DNA of 64,000 bases from Lama glama (taxonomy: Eukaryota), in NCBI GenBank assembly GCA_028534125.1, contig CM052832.1, forward strand, positions 21,454,001-21,518,000, given 5' to 3'. The notes beneath the pieces are model-generated. The model saw only the letters and a list, made by a program, of their open reading frames with translations. It was not told where the DNA came from and did not search any database. Position numbers and translations under genes: made by a program. Below, piece by piece: positions 38,517-52,200 of the stretch (positions within the stretch are counted from its first letter, which is position 1; each line of letters opens with the position of its first letter).

Positions 38517-38550
<34 letters not shown>
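38517..38550 (+). repeat. (CA)n microsatellite
   Basis: Perfect AC run. Confidence 0.97.
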
Positions 38551-38552
<2 letters not shown>

Positions 38553-38765
38553 CCTCTGCCTATCCCCATCATTTATAAAAATGACCCCCTCTGAAGAACC
38601 GTTAATATGTAAATGAGAGATGATCTCCATCATCCAAGGAGATGTTGTTCAACTCTATTTTCTGAAGGTAGTGTTGTAAAAACCTGGTGTTATTATATTA
38701 GGTATTAAAACTGCTTTGACAGATAGCAAACATTCCTCCCCACTTCAGAATTAGTTTCCTGGAAG

Positions 38766-38950
38766 AGAGGTTCTCAAACTTCAGCGTGCATCAGTATTGC
38801 CTGGAGAGCTTGTTAAAAAAACAGATTACTGGGTTCCTCTCCCAGAGATTCTGATTCAGGTCTGGGTTGGGGCCTAAGAATTTGCATTTTTAACAAGTTC
38901 CCATATACTGCTGATGCTGCAAGTCTGGGACCACACTTGTGAATTACTGT
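38766..38950. mobile_element. MER5A hAT MITE
   Basis: gttctcaaacttcagcgtgcatcag...agagattctgattcag...aagaatttgcatttttaacaagttccc...gggaccacact. Confidence 0.88.
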
Positions 38951-41900
38951 CCTAGGATATCTATGCATATGCCCTGTTTCCTCCCATCTCTTCTTCCTCT
39001 TAGGAACAAAGTCCCCTGACATAATCTATCTGTCTCTGACTTATATTTAATCTCTTTGAGTCTATTAAAATTATTGACTAATTATTGGATATTTACTGCA
39101 TAACCTTTTTCTGAAATTAATTATCCTTAAGTGATACTTACTAGAAAATGTTCCCTATTAGAGGCGGCGTTTTGGCTCCCATCTTCCCGAAAAATAATCA
39201 GACTAATTTCGTCTCTCTGTCCTATTCTCCCCTTCTCTTCCTCCACTCCTCTAACCAAACTGAAAAGAGGAAGAGTAATAATCATAAGATGGTACTATAT
39301 GTTGTTTTTATTAGAAGATCATTTCTTAGGAGACAGCAGTAACTTTTCACCTCTAGCTTTCTTTTTCCACCATGTTATGGGCATGTACGTAACTACTATC
39401 ATTTGGAAATAACAAGGCCTGATTTATAGAATTTATGGAATTCAAAGTCCTGCCACGGGGTAGGCATTTAATCCATTTTCTCTGAATGAAACATTTCAGT
39501 CACAGAGTCTCAGAGACAATGGAGGTTCAGGGAAGCTCAGTGATGTATAAAAGGTCACCTTTTGTTACTGCAAATGCCAGAACCCTATAATCCAGATCTC
39601 AACTCCCACTCAGCCTGTGCTTCTTCCCCTGGTCTGCTGGGCCTCTCGCCGGTTTTATCAGAAGAGGTCAACAGTGTCTAGAGTGAGCCAAAGTAAATCC
39701 CAAGTAGCACAGGGCTAAACACTTAAAGGATAATCATAAAATTCCCAATTAAGGAAGTATATTTACTATGGAAAATAATTTCCTTACACAATACTTTGCT
39801 ATAGATGCTTTGGCCTTTCTAGATTTCTTTACAAAGTGGGTAGGAGGAGGTTATTATTCTAGACAAACTCAGGAAAAGCACAGAGCATTTAAGAAGACAG
39901 AAATTCTGACAGGACTGGTTTCTCTGGCACTGGATAGATTATCCTAGTAGAGAAATTCACCACTCCCCTGCTCCAATACTGCGTGCAGTGCATGACCACA
40001 GCTAAATAATTAAACAAGATCAAAATTATTAGTACCATGGTCATCTTTAGAGCCTGGTCTTTCTAGCTAGATTTGGGGAAAAGGGAAAATAATCACTTAG
40101 TAGCTATTTACTATGTCCCAAGAATAGTATTTTAGGTGGTCTACATACACCATTGAGTGTATTCTGCTCAACAATCCTATGAAATTGACAGTATCATTTC
40201 CATTTAACAGACTAAACTACTGCCCAGAGGAGTCACGTGCCTGGGGTAAAACTGGCAAGTTCAGATGCAAACTCAGGTCTATCTGATCCCAGGGTCACAT
40301 GTCATCCACAGAGTTAAACTCATTTTTTCACTGAAGAGTTCCAGCACCTTGATCAGTGCTCAGAGAGCTCGAGAGACATGATTATAACCTCTATCATCGA
40401 CTTCTAAATCCTATAAAAATGGAAGCTGTTTCCCTCCTGCTGAATTTGTTTTGGTTCATATCATCAGCAAAAGCATTTGTAACACCAGGACAAATCCATG
40501 AAAGAGGGCATGATGACCCCAAGTTTGGCATATCTTTAAAAGCTGACAAATAATGAAGCAGAAAGCTCTGTTCATTAATATATATGAAGTCACAAAGGGT
40601 GATAAAGGACTTGCCTGATGTTTCCCTTCATGTAAATGTCCAAATCCATATTCCTAACCCTTTGGCCTCATGCATGCTATCAGACTGTAATTCCTAGGGG
40701 CCCAGAAGGGCCAGCGGTCAACTGACCTTTATCCTCATCTCATCTAGAACTTCCGGGTCAGCCCGGCTCAGAGGGCTGGTGGTGGTAGAATTGATGACAC
40801 CACTCCCCAGGCTGGAGGGATGGAGAGGAGGGCAGAAAAGGCAGCCCCGTGGAATGTAATCAGGGCCGCCCCTTTAGACAGTGATGCCACAGTTCACACG
40901 TAGCGGCGTCTCTGAATAAGGAACTAATGAAAGGATCCAACTTTCCCTTATTTGCCTGTTTTTAATGTGATGTTTTAAAACACCAGCCTTGTCTTTGTCA
41001 ATAGGCATACATGAAGGAATTAAATCAGGCAGGGACTTTGAAATCCTAATTTGCTACTATTGCCATTTGTTGTAAAATCCTTTTCACTGTGGCAATTTAA
41101 AATCAACCTTGAAAGATATATTGTGAGGAAAAACAAAATTTAAGAAGCCACTTCCTTTAAAATTTGTGAAGTATGAGTTAACAAATCAAAAGCCAAATCT
41201 CTTAACAATATAATTTACATGCTGGATTACACTGTTCCTTCCCGGCCATCCATCCAAACCCCCAAGCATGATGTATGAATTTTTTTCCTAAACAGCAGCA
41301 AACATTAATGGTTATGCTTATCAAGTATATAGCGTTCCCTCCTGGTTGCGCAAGAGGACACACTTGGCAGGGTTGTAACAAAGGCCAGTCTATGTCTTTC
41401 CGTTACCACTCAGATGGCCGTGCACACCGATTCTTCACGTGTCCTCATCAAGCTCACGGGAGGTGTCGCTCATGTTTGGACATCGGAGTCCATCAGCCCC
41501 ATACATGAGAATACAGATAATAGGACCCTCTTTGTCACTATTTCTCAAGTATAATTAATGTGCCTTTGCCATTTATTTTGAGGGAAAAGATAATACCTGT
41601 ATTAAAACAATTTTGGAATTGTAAAGCCAGATAAATATCACTCATCACTTTTCCGAATGTTAAGTCCCCGCTTTATACTTTTTTTTGGAGCACTTAACAA
41701 TTGTGTTGAAGAAGGGACATCAAATGATGCTTAGAAATGTGATACACATTTTCATTTCACACTCCATCAGCTTTTACAGCTGTAGCTCAATGAAATGTAA
41801 GAGAGCGCTTGGCAAACAGCCATAGTTACCAAGGTATAAAACAGGGGTCAGGTTACTTTTTTATAGAAAGGAAAAAAATATTTAATTTTCACTCCACATG

Positions 41901-42353
41901 ACTAAAGCAGATATTCAGCTAACACCCTCGAGAAAGGCACCGTCACCACACATACTGACATGGTTTAATGCCTGTTTAACTGTATTAAAAACAGCTTCGT
42001 AAAGCACAGAAATTTTCCTTTCCTCATCCCCTTCCACTCAAGACCCACTGACACAGAAACCTACTGCATCAGGTCATCTTTGGTGGTAAATATTTCACCT
42101 GAAAATAATGGCTTTTGCCCTGTTTGTAGCCTAGATGCAGAAACAGCTTCCCTTCACAGGCAGAGAAGCAAAGCTACAAGCATCAGCGAAAATGCATCTT
42201 TTTAATTCAGATTTCAATCTGTCAGAAAGGATTAAAGCCTCATGCATAAATAAAAAGGGAACTATAAATGATACCAGAAGCAGGGTCGGAAATCACTGGG
42301 CTCCCACCGCTGCTGTGCCACTGGCAGGGTAGGGGAAAGCATCTTTTGCTCAC

Positions 42354-42518
42354 CTCTGTTAAACCCGAGACTTCTCCTTTTGCTAATGGTTTGCTGATGG
42401 ATGGCGTGTGTACTTTGGCATGTGATACTGGCTGCCCTTTCATGAAGTGTTTTCCTGATTCATAAATGTCCACTTCGACCATTTTCCCCAGGAATGTGGG
42501 GTTCTTTGGCACTAAAAC
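42354..42518 (-). CDS. CDKAL1: CDKAL1 penultimate coding exon (165 nt)
   Basis: T-tract+ag|GTTTTAGTG...ACAGAG|gtgagc. Translates as [55 protein letters not shown], in frame with both neighbouring exons. Confidence 0.98.
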
Positions 42519-43177
42519 CTAAAAAAAAAAATTACAGGAGGCTTAATTTCTCAAAATAAAATTTTACTTGAGAACAGTTTCAGTTTTATAGAATGACTGT
42601 AAAGACAGCACAGAGAGCCGGCGTACCCCACACATGGCTTCCCTGTTACTAACACTGCACAGTGGTTTGATGTATTTGTCACAATTGATAAGCCAATATT
42701 GATACATTACTATTGACTTAAGTCCACACTGTATTCAGATTTCCTCAGTGGCCCCTTCATGTTCTTTTCCCCTTCAGGGATCCCAACCTAAGCGGGCTCT
42801 ATCTTCCAGCTGCTCAAGGCTCTGGGGATCTGGGGAAGGGAAGGCATTCCTGGGAGGGGCATGGGGCTGCAGACAGTGCTCTCTCCTTGCAGGATGCCCG
42901 TGGTCCTCAGGCATGTGGAAGGCTGGCCAGGGAACCCCACTCCTGCAGCCCTCAGCCAGCTGCTTTTGGACAGGCCTTTGATATACTGCTCTTGGCTGTC
43001 CCCGGCAATGAAGGACCGAGACAGCACTGACGAAAGCCTTGTACTTTTAATACGGTCCAAGTCAGCTGTCAGAGCCATGATCTGAGCAGCCACTTCAAAT
43101 CAAGGCCCACATGTTTGTGTGCATGTGTGTGTGGGTGTGCATAAGTGTGTGTTTTGGGGGAAGAGGGAGAACATTAA

Positions 43178-43314
43178 TAATTATTTTTATCTTATTTGGG
43201 GGGGTAGTAATTAGGTTTTATTTGTTTATTTTATTTAAATGGAGGTTGTGGGGATTGAACCCAGGACCTCCTGCATGCTACACAGGTACTCTACCACTGA
43301 GCTATACCCTCCCC
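43178..43314 (-). mobile_element. tRNA-derived SINE (Vic-1-like)
   Basis: ggggattgaacccaggacctc...ctctaccactgagctataccctcccc, with agaacatt repeated on both sides. Confidence 0.9.
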
Positions 43315-45648
43315 AGGATGAAGAACATTTAAAAGCCACCTTTTCAATATTCTAAGACTTGGTGTTTGGAGCTAAATGACTCTTTTAAACTGACAGTTGC
43401 CCTTCATTTCTTTGGCTCTGTTATAAAATCCATGTATTCATTAGTCCAACCTCCATATAGTATCAGCTCCTCGGAAGGACACTTTGGCTGGTTCACAGGA
43501 AACTGTCGGATGGTCTGCTTCCACTAGAGATGCCTGTAAAGGTACTTGTTTACCTCGAGGATGCCTCCCCTCCTTTGGGACTTACACGCACTCTGTGTGT
43601 TAGGTCTCCCTCACACTTCTGTTTCAGTCCTGGACCTACTTGCCAGTCTTTTCAAGTCAGAATCCAAAATAAACAGACTAATTCTCATTCAGCAATAGTT
43701 TGATATCTAGATACAATCTTCACTTCTGGGAGTCATCTTTTTTTAGGAAAATGATTCCTATGAAATCTTTCATATGCTTGGTTGTAGAGACAAAAAAAAA
43801 AAAAAAAAAAAAAAAAAAGCAACCTCAGATCAGAGCCAGAAGTTCCACAGCCAATTTCTCTGTGAGGCAGAATTGGATCTCGGTCTTTCTGAGTTTGATT
43901 TTTTATGGCCACTGAGTGCACTGCTTCATCAAAGCATAGGAGAAAGGTCACCTGGGCGGTGGGTTACTCACGGCAAGCAAATGAACTAAAAGAACGTTAG
44001 TGTCAGGATCTGAAAGCCCTTTTAAATCAGTTTTTATAAAACAAGAAAATCTCTGGAGGAAACTATCCCTGGGAGATGTGGTACTATTCTGGGGGAAAAG
44101 AACTCCCCTTGATCTGCTGCCTTGATCTGAATGAAGGGCTCAGTGTTTCCTTCCCCCTCCGGTTTTAATAATTGGAAAGAGCCCGACTGCTTTAAATGGG
44201 AGGAAACAGCTAATGAGGCATGCCATCGCCTTTAAAATGAAGGGGGGAGAAGTTCCCTGCTGAGGTGAAAACCCAGATAGCAAGAGAAAGGAGAGGAAAG
44301 AGGCAACCAAAATATAATCAAGCTTCTCCTGAGGGCTGAGCAGAAGGTTGGCCTGAATCGGAAAATGGCTCTCTGGAGTCAATTAATGAGATGGAAAATG
44401 GGGGCGAGACTCAGCTCGAACATGGAGTGCTGGGAATCCGTCCTCGACTGTAGTCTCGACGGGGATCAAAAGGGACATGCTCGATCTGGCCCTTAAGAAG
44501 CTCCCTGACATGTCCTGTGGCCCCAGTGCCCAGTCGGAGGTTGCTCCACGCGGAACATCAGCACTGGAGGCCTCTTCAGCCATGGCTCCCCGCTTTTCCC
44601 TCACACGGGCGGTCCGCTTCTCTTGACCATCCCTTGGCTGACTTGCCCTCCCTGGCCTTAAGAGCCTTCCCAAGCCACAACCCACAGAAAAGAATTTCCC
44701 TTCTCATTTGATGAGAAAGGAGTAAAAAAGTATGAAAACCCACTTGAGATTAAGAAAAATTAGTACAATCCAGGAACAGCTTATGAAACCCCTAAGCCCC
44801 GAAGCCCCTCTCTGCTAGAAAGGCATGCCACCTCCTCCTTGGCCCTTCCCAGGGTCAGTGGCCCTGCAGGAGGCACTCTGTTTCCTCCAGTCACTTGTGA
44901 GTGGCTTTGCCACCTGGGGAAGTAGAATCCCAAACGCTGACACAGAGGCCTGGCTGCTGGTGGGGCAGAGCAGCGAGCTTCTACGAGCAGGGACAGGCGG
45001 ACAGTGAGTGGGAGCCCTTCGGGCTGGCCTTGAAGGAAACTCTCAAAGTCAAGTTGGTCTGCTCCTCGTGCTGGTCTCCAGAGTTGTTCACAAGATTTGA
45101 GCCGAGTCCAACAAACAGACTCTTTTCCCTTTGCCCCTAGCATTTTCTATCGAAGTGGAAAAAAAACCAAAACCAAAACAAAACAACTAGAACTAAACAA
45201 AACTAAAAAAGCCAACCAACCAACCCACCCACCCAAACCCGTGTGAGTCCTGTGACAGCGAGAGGAAAGCACTGCCCTTCCAGGCTGATGCCCCGGTTCA
45301 GACATCCTTCCTGTCTTCCGGACAGAACTCTCCCCTCTAACGCTGCCAGGCTGTGGGGATCCTGGCAGTGATAACTGCCTGTTCCAAACTCCCCAAAGCC
45401 AGAGGCGGGCCCTGTCAAAGATTAATGAGGACTAAAACACACTCATTCCTTTGTATAGAATGTTTTGTAGATTAAGCCACAAAGATAAGCCTCCTGTTAG
45501 CCTGGCTGGCTTGATGCTATAAAATAGCCTTCCTGTGACAAGACTCTACCACACTCCCCTACTTTAAGTCCCTTTTGCTTACATTGAGGTGCTTTCAGAA
45601 CTCCTTCTCATTCTGGAGCAATCCTAAGAATACGGAAGTGTCTCTTAC

Positions 45649-45732
45649 CTGCTCATAGAATCGATTGTGTGCAACGTAAAACTTGCAATCAAAAGATTCT
45701 TCCGTTACTAACACTTGTTGTCTTTCACCAAC
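45649..45732 (-). CDS. CDKAL1: CDKAL1 third-to-last coding exon (84 nt, start of TRAM region)
   Basis: Minus strand reads ctctgcag|GTTGGT...GAGCAG|gtaaga. Translates as [28 protein letters not shown], recognisable as mammalian CDKAL1. Phase 0 at both ends. Confidence 0.97.
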
Positions 45733-48700
45733 CTGCAGAGAGAAGGGGGAAGAAAAAGGACAGGTCACGGTAAATCCCTGAGAATCCAAACTAAATGTCA
45801 ACCAAAATAGTTACAGACTGGTAAGTGATGTCTTCTTGAATTTAAAGTAGATTCTAGATTGCTAGCTACTTAACAGTCAATACAAGAATCACTGATTCAA
45901 ATTTCCTGAAAGACATTATTATCTGTATATTAATATAAAATGTGTAGAGTATGTAATCTTCTTTCTTACAGAATTATGAAACAAAACTTGATCTTATTTC
46001 CTCCTTCAACATAAGTTTGATAATTAAGGCTTCTAAGACATACAAAAATCTTCTAAATCTCACTTTGTTTCTTGAAACAAAGTTGCAAAACAAGCTAGAA
46101 CAAGCTGCTTCTAATTCAAATTCATGAAAATATTTTGGCAATAGGAAACTGGTAATAAACATTCATTCGAGTTATGAGGGATGTAACACTAGAGAAAATG
46201 CCTCAAAAACCAATCATTAAGTCCTTATACTGAAACATTTCTCACGTTCTACGTGATTCTGAAATTACTGATTAATTCAGTTATTTACTTATTATATGCA
46301 TTTTCTGTGTCATGCGCGACTGTCTCTTTTTTGCTGCAGCCATGACCCCATGGTCATTTCATTTAAGGTGAAGACAGCAAAAATATAGGACCGTTAATTC
46401 TCTACAGGATCTATATTTATGATCTGAGCATGCATTTTTAATAACCAAGGAGTTAAATCAGCCAGAACATTGGTTAAAGCAATGTGACCATTCTAAAATA
46501 TTCTGCCATTTCCAAGTTTATTCCACTGTGAAATGCAACATTTAAAGTATCAATTACTTTTTTTTTTTTTTTTACAAGATTGTCAAAATGTCTGATGGAG
46601 CAAACCAGCTGTACTGAATGGTTGTCCCTGGAATTATTTTTGCCATTGATACTCGATAAATACAACCCTCCATATTAAAGCACACTGGCAAGATTTTTTA
46701 AATGAAATCTCTATTCTCATATGCAGGGACTTGTCACCCTGTTCAGGCAGTTACCATTTAGGAAACATAAACACAGCTGCACCAAGGAGACCACCTAACA
46801 ATTAAAAAGAAAAACCCCAAAACATCAAGCTCTCTTCTCCAGCATACAATGCCAACACCTAAACACACCATCATTTGCGCTCTTTTTCACACTCATTCAC
46901 ATGCAGCTCCCCTCAGCCAAGGTGGTGCAGTCTCTAGGACGATGCTCATCAAAGACCCACTTCCTTCACTCCCTGAAAACCAGTGAAGTTCCTGCAACCT
47001 TAATCTCTTTAAAAAAAAAAATCAAGGAGCAACAACAAGAAAGTTCCCCCAACTTCTACTTTGAGCTTTAATGGCCCAGTTTCTTAAAAAAGACGGATGG
47101 GTATTGGCTTTCACTGAGGTATATTCTTCTGGAAGAAAACACAGAATGTTTGCACTCCTTTCACAGTGTGAGTTGCTTATAACTCAGGATAAGTATCTGT
47201 CAATGGTTCTTAAGGAAATCTGCAATTACACTTCATCTAACATTAAGTTTTCAGGAAATTAATCTAATACAATACGAGATTACAGAGCTACTGAAAACAT
47301 ATGCTGCTTCCTTCCTCTTGCTGAAACTAATGTGGACAGTTGTAGTCATCATTTTGGGGCTATTCTATTTTATCTGGAGAGAATAATGACAGTTATTTAC
47401 ACACAGAGTTAGAAAGACTTGCTATGTTTCTACAGTAGAGGGCAGGGCTTTTGATCAACCGTCAGAGAACCACTTGCTCGTGAGTTTTTCACTATTATCT
47501 GCCAAAGGGATTCAGTAAAACTGCTATGGGCAGTAATTTACAGTGGCAAACACGTCTCCAGTCACCTTTTTGGTTCTCTCAGTCATGGATTTTGTTTCAT
47601 TGGTGAGATTCTTCAAGTTCCCCAGAAGATGCTGAGCCAAAATGAGCCTAAGCAAGCGAGGACTTGGATCAAAAGCTGATGCAATCTATCCCCGCCCCCT
47701 AAAAAAGCCAACAGAAACAAATAAATGCTCTACCCAGTGCTTTTTTTTTTTTAAGGATGAAGTTGCAATGAAGTAATATCAAATACAATCTTTAAGAAAA
47801 TCAACTGTTTCAAATAACCTTAAAAACAACAACAAAGTTAAGGAAGGGGGCAGTTTAGCTGGAACTCTGGAAGAGGCAACTCTGTCTTGGTGACAAACTT
47901 AGGGGCCAAAGGTAAGAACAGAAGCCTCAAATCTTTCTGAAAATGAGCCACCTTCCTCTCTGCTTTCCAACTGTTTTCCCCCCAACCCCACATGATAACT
48001 CAGTATAGCTAAAGACCACACAAGATTCAGGGCAACCATCCTGATTGGCTTAAGAATGCCTCTGCTATCCAGCAAGGAAGTCCCAGTCTCACAGAAAAAA
48101 AGCAGGGCTCCTGGAGAAAGGTGGTAAGGTGACAGTCATCCAGAGACCACTGGGGTTCCAACCACCCCGCTATCTGTTATGCTAACGGCAGAGTGGATCT
48201 GCTAGAAGGGATGGACTTGTCCTACAGACGGAGAATGACAGACAACACCCTGTGTCTGCTCTGAGGCTCCGTGACGTCTGCTCTCATCTGGCACTGTGGT
48301 GTTCTGCTGAGAAGGCGGCCCCTCTCTACTCACCAGCCCTGACAGAACCTTCCTCAACAGCTGGAACCTCCGACAGGAGTGCAAGGTTATGTCACTGACT
48401 TGAGACAAGCCCTTTGAAGGGGAAGTTAACAGGAAGACTGCTTGTGTAATTTAAAAACTGAATAAACCCCTGACTTTATAGAATATATACATATATATTT
48501 TAAAGAATATAGAGGAGGTTAAAAATAATGGTTTTCATGAACTTGGTGACTGGTGGCACAATATGGCTGGCTGTTCAGCAGAAATGATTAAGACACAAAT
48601 ATTGTAAACCCAAAGAATGGTCCAGAGGGTGATTTTAAGATAACTGGAACTTTCAAGGACAGGAAGAAAGGAGAAAGTGACTCTCAGGGAGAAGGAACTG

Positions 48701-48764
48701 ACGGCCCTAACAGAACCAAGGGGAGGGGAATAGAAAGAAGGGTTATTCAAAAATATCCAATCCC

Positions 48765-49136
48765 AATTTCCCTTATATGTGGAATCTAAAAAAAATGCTA
48801 CAAATGAACTTATTTACAAAACAGACACAGACTCACACACTCACAGACATAGAAAACAAACTTATGGATACCAAAGGAGAAAGGAAGGGAGGGATAAATT
48901 TGGAGTTTGGGATAAAACCATTATGGGATTAATTTATACACATCACTATATATAAAAGAGATAAACAACAAAGTCCTACTGTACAGCACAGGGAAGTATA
49001 TTCAGTATCTAGTAATAAACTACAATGGAAAAGAATCTGAAAATGAATATAATTCTTCTGTATTTTATATGTATGTATGTATGTATTTCTATGCTTATAT
49101 ATGTATATATGTGCTTATATATGTGTATATACATAC

Positions 49137-49178
<42 letters not shown>

Positions 49179-49250
49179 CTGAATCACTTTGCTGTACACC
49201 AGAAACTAATACAACATTGTAGATCAACTGTATTTCAATTAAAAAAAAAA
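48765..49250 (+). mobile_element. L1 3'UTR (artiodactyl type) with an expanded (TA)n
   Basis: cttatatgtggaatctaaaa...ctgtacagcacagggaa...tataactgaatcactttgctgtacaccagaaact, then an A tail. Confidence 0.92.
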
Positions 49251-52200
49251 ATCAAATGCCACATATTCAACTTGGACAGTAGAGTGGGAGGACATGGGTC
49301 TGAGTAGATTATTTTTAAGGTAAAAGAGATTTGGCTATGTTTTGGGCCTTTACTTTCCTCCTAGAAAAAATGAAAGTTTGGCAGAAGTGACAGGGAGGTG
49401 GGGAGGGAGCAGGGCTGAAGAGGAAGTGGATTATAATATTTAAAGGAACTTTCAGCTCCAAACTTCTAAGTCATCATTCATGGTAGACTTGGTCTGCTCA
49501 CAGGTTTCAGACGAAGGAAATATGGACTCTAAATCCAGGCTGTCTCTTTTCTCACAGTAAATGTATGCTTAGAGCCCTCTGCAAATTACAGCTACTTTCT
49601 TGCTGCACTTAAAGTAACAACGTGGTCTTTAAAATCCACCAAAAAAAATTTTTACAGAGCCTCTCATATTCAGAGACCTGAACCTAAAGAATCCTGTCAA
49701 AATCTTCCCAATAAAACCCTTTTTAAAAAAATCTTAAGAAAGATGGCCCTTTCCTTCTGATTTGGTTTATGGGGTATATAATTTAGAGTTGATTAAATAA
49801 AATGCTTATTTAATTTCTAGGGCATTTTAGAGTTCAGGAACTTGGGATGGGAATACAACTCCCTGCATTTCTATGGGAATCTCAGCTCCCATTTACAAAG
49901 TTTGAACTTCAGAACTTGGCAAAGTGGCTGTCAGTCCCGGCACCTGCTTTAACAAGCTAGACATATTTTGTAATTTATTCATCAAATGTCAGTGAAGAAA
50001 GCGGCTTTTCCTAAGAGGTGTGGAACTTCATTTAGTCCATTTTAACCTGACTTCAAAAATATAAGTTATGAAAAATGAACTATGAAAATAGTCTTGTAAA
50101 AATCATCTCTCCATTTCACAGATTGGGTCACTGAGGTAAGGGAAGGTACAGGAAAACCCCACAGAATCCTGCACCTACTGTTGATCGCACAGAGCTGCTA
50201 AGAACGACAGCCCTGACTATGAAAGAATGAGTGGAAGAGAATTTTCCAGGCTTTGTTGAAAGGGATGAGAAAAGCTCTTCTTTTTTGTTTTGTTTTGTTT
50301 AACCACAAAGGCAGAAAATAAAGACCGTATTCCCCTATACAGAAAAAGAAGGTAAGGACCTGAAGGGGGCTTAGCAGTCTCTGACTTCACAGAGAGGAAA
50401 CTGAGGTCCAGCAAGCCATGGTGATTTGCTCAGTGGCAGAGAGGAGGTTTGGAACCATTCCCACTACTTGATGTCTCCTATTCAATTGCTAGCTGTAGAA
50501 AATGTACATCATGGATCTAATTCTGCAGCGCATGGCTTTTCCTTGAGCAGAGAAACATCTGTGACAAACAAAAAGCAGTGTTTTTTTAAATTCAATTTTG
50601 GGATAGATTTTCAGTATGTTACATAATCAGCTGGCTGTGTTATTTGTGTCACATCTCTGCTTAAAATTTCCCAAGTGCCTGAAGTGGTGAGAAACATCAC
50701 TTTTAACCATATGGCCAGATAACACACAGAAAACACACACTTGCATTTAAAAAGCAGTGGTTCCTAACCAAATTTGGTTCCTGAACGAATGCTCATTCAA
50801 GTACACCCTACTTCTCCATTAGTCCTAAAACAATATTCTGCATGGCCATCTATGGATTTAAAGAGAGAAACTAAAAAGGACTGCTTCAAGACAGGAAGGT
50901 AACACTGACGTTGAACAAAGACATGAGAGTATGTGGGCTCCTACCTTTAATCCAGTGAGAAATGTTACTTGTGTAAGTACTCCGTGGATGAGGAGAAGCA
51001 AAGAATTTCTTTTAAACCCATATATGGCTTTAAAATATAATTCACATAAATTGTACTTTTCTCTTTATTAGTCCCCCCCGCTTCCCTTTTCTTTTACTGA
51101 AACAGAAAATCTGAGGTACGGTTTTGGAAAATAAGTGCAATTCACTTTCTACTCTGAAGGGTTAGCTTAGAGAGATTTCAATAATTCAATATAACTGCTC
51201 AGATTACCAAAAAAAAACCCAAACCCCCCCCAAAAACCAACCAACCATTCAAAAAGGATAGATATGTATTTCAAGACCCGTGTAAGAGAAATATTTATTT
51301 CTTGAAAACAGTTATAAGAAGGGATTGAAATTATTTTTCTTCTCCTGAAAAGTTTCTAGCAATTAATTTTTCTGTCCAATTGCCTTAGAGAAAAAAATGG
51401 ATTAAAACCCACCTATCAAACACTCTCATAATTATTTACAGCATGTTCCTAATAAACTTGAATTTTATCTCTGTTGTCCTACACAATATTCTGACATGCT
51501 ACTTCTGCAGCTAAGTATTTTTTTTTATTATTGTAGATAATAAAATACAATTTTTATACCTGACTGATTTCTGAATGCATGACTCTGGGAAATGTCAAAC
51601 GTCTTTCTTTAGCTCCAGTCAAATTAGTTTTTTTTCCCCCCCTAAGCTGCCTGGAACATGTTAAACACAAGGCTGTGACCTTAAACTCTGAAATAATATT
51701 TCTAGTGTCTGTGCAAAAGCCTGCCCTCACATACACCTTTAGACTAATTACTGCAGTGTAATGTTGCCAGTGAACCACTGTAATTACACTTGGAGAAAAG
51801 TATGGTCTTGTTCTTTCCTAGCTAATGAAAATGATAACCTTTCCATTTTGATTCATCATTCACAACAGGCAGAGCATGCGATGCTGGGTCTCCAGGGTAT
51901 ACAGTAATTTTCCTGGCTGTTTATGCACACTTCTGTTTTCTGGCCCTGCAGAAGCTGGAATTAAAGAACCAGGCAGACTTATGCTAAAAACAGTCAACAG
52001 TAATAATAGCAATAACATTAAAATTTAATATCATCCTTACTCCACAATGCCATTCTATAATGAAATAGGGCCATGACACAGAAATGTGTGTCAAAAATGA
52101 TGATAGCTTAGAAAACAAGTAATGAGCCTCTAAGTCCATCGTATTCAAAATGCTTGCCCTCAGTTTACTGGTCCACTAAAGGATTCCTGGGAGGAGAGGT

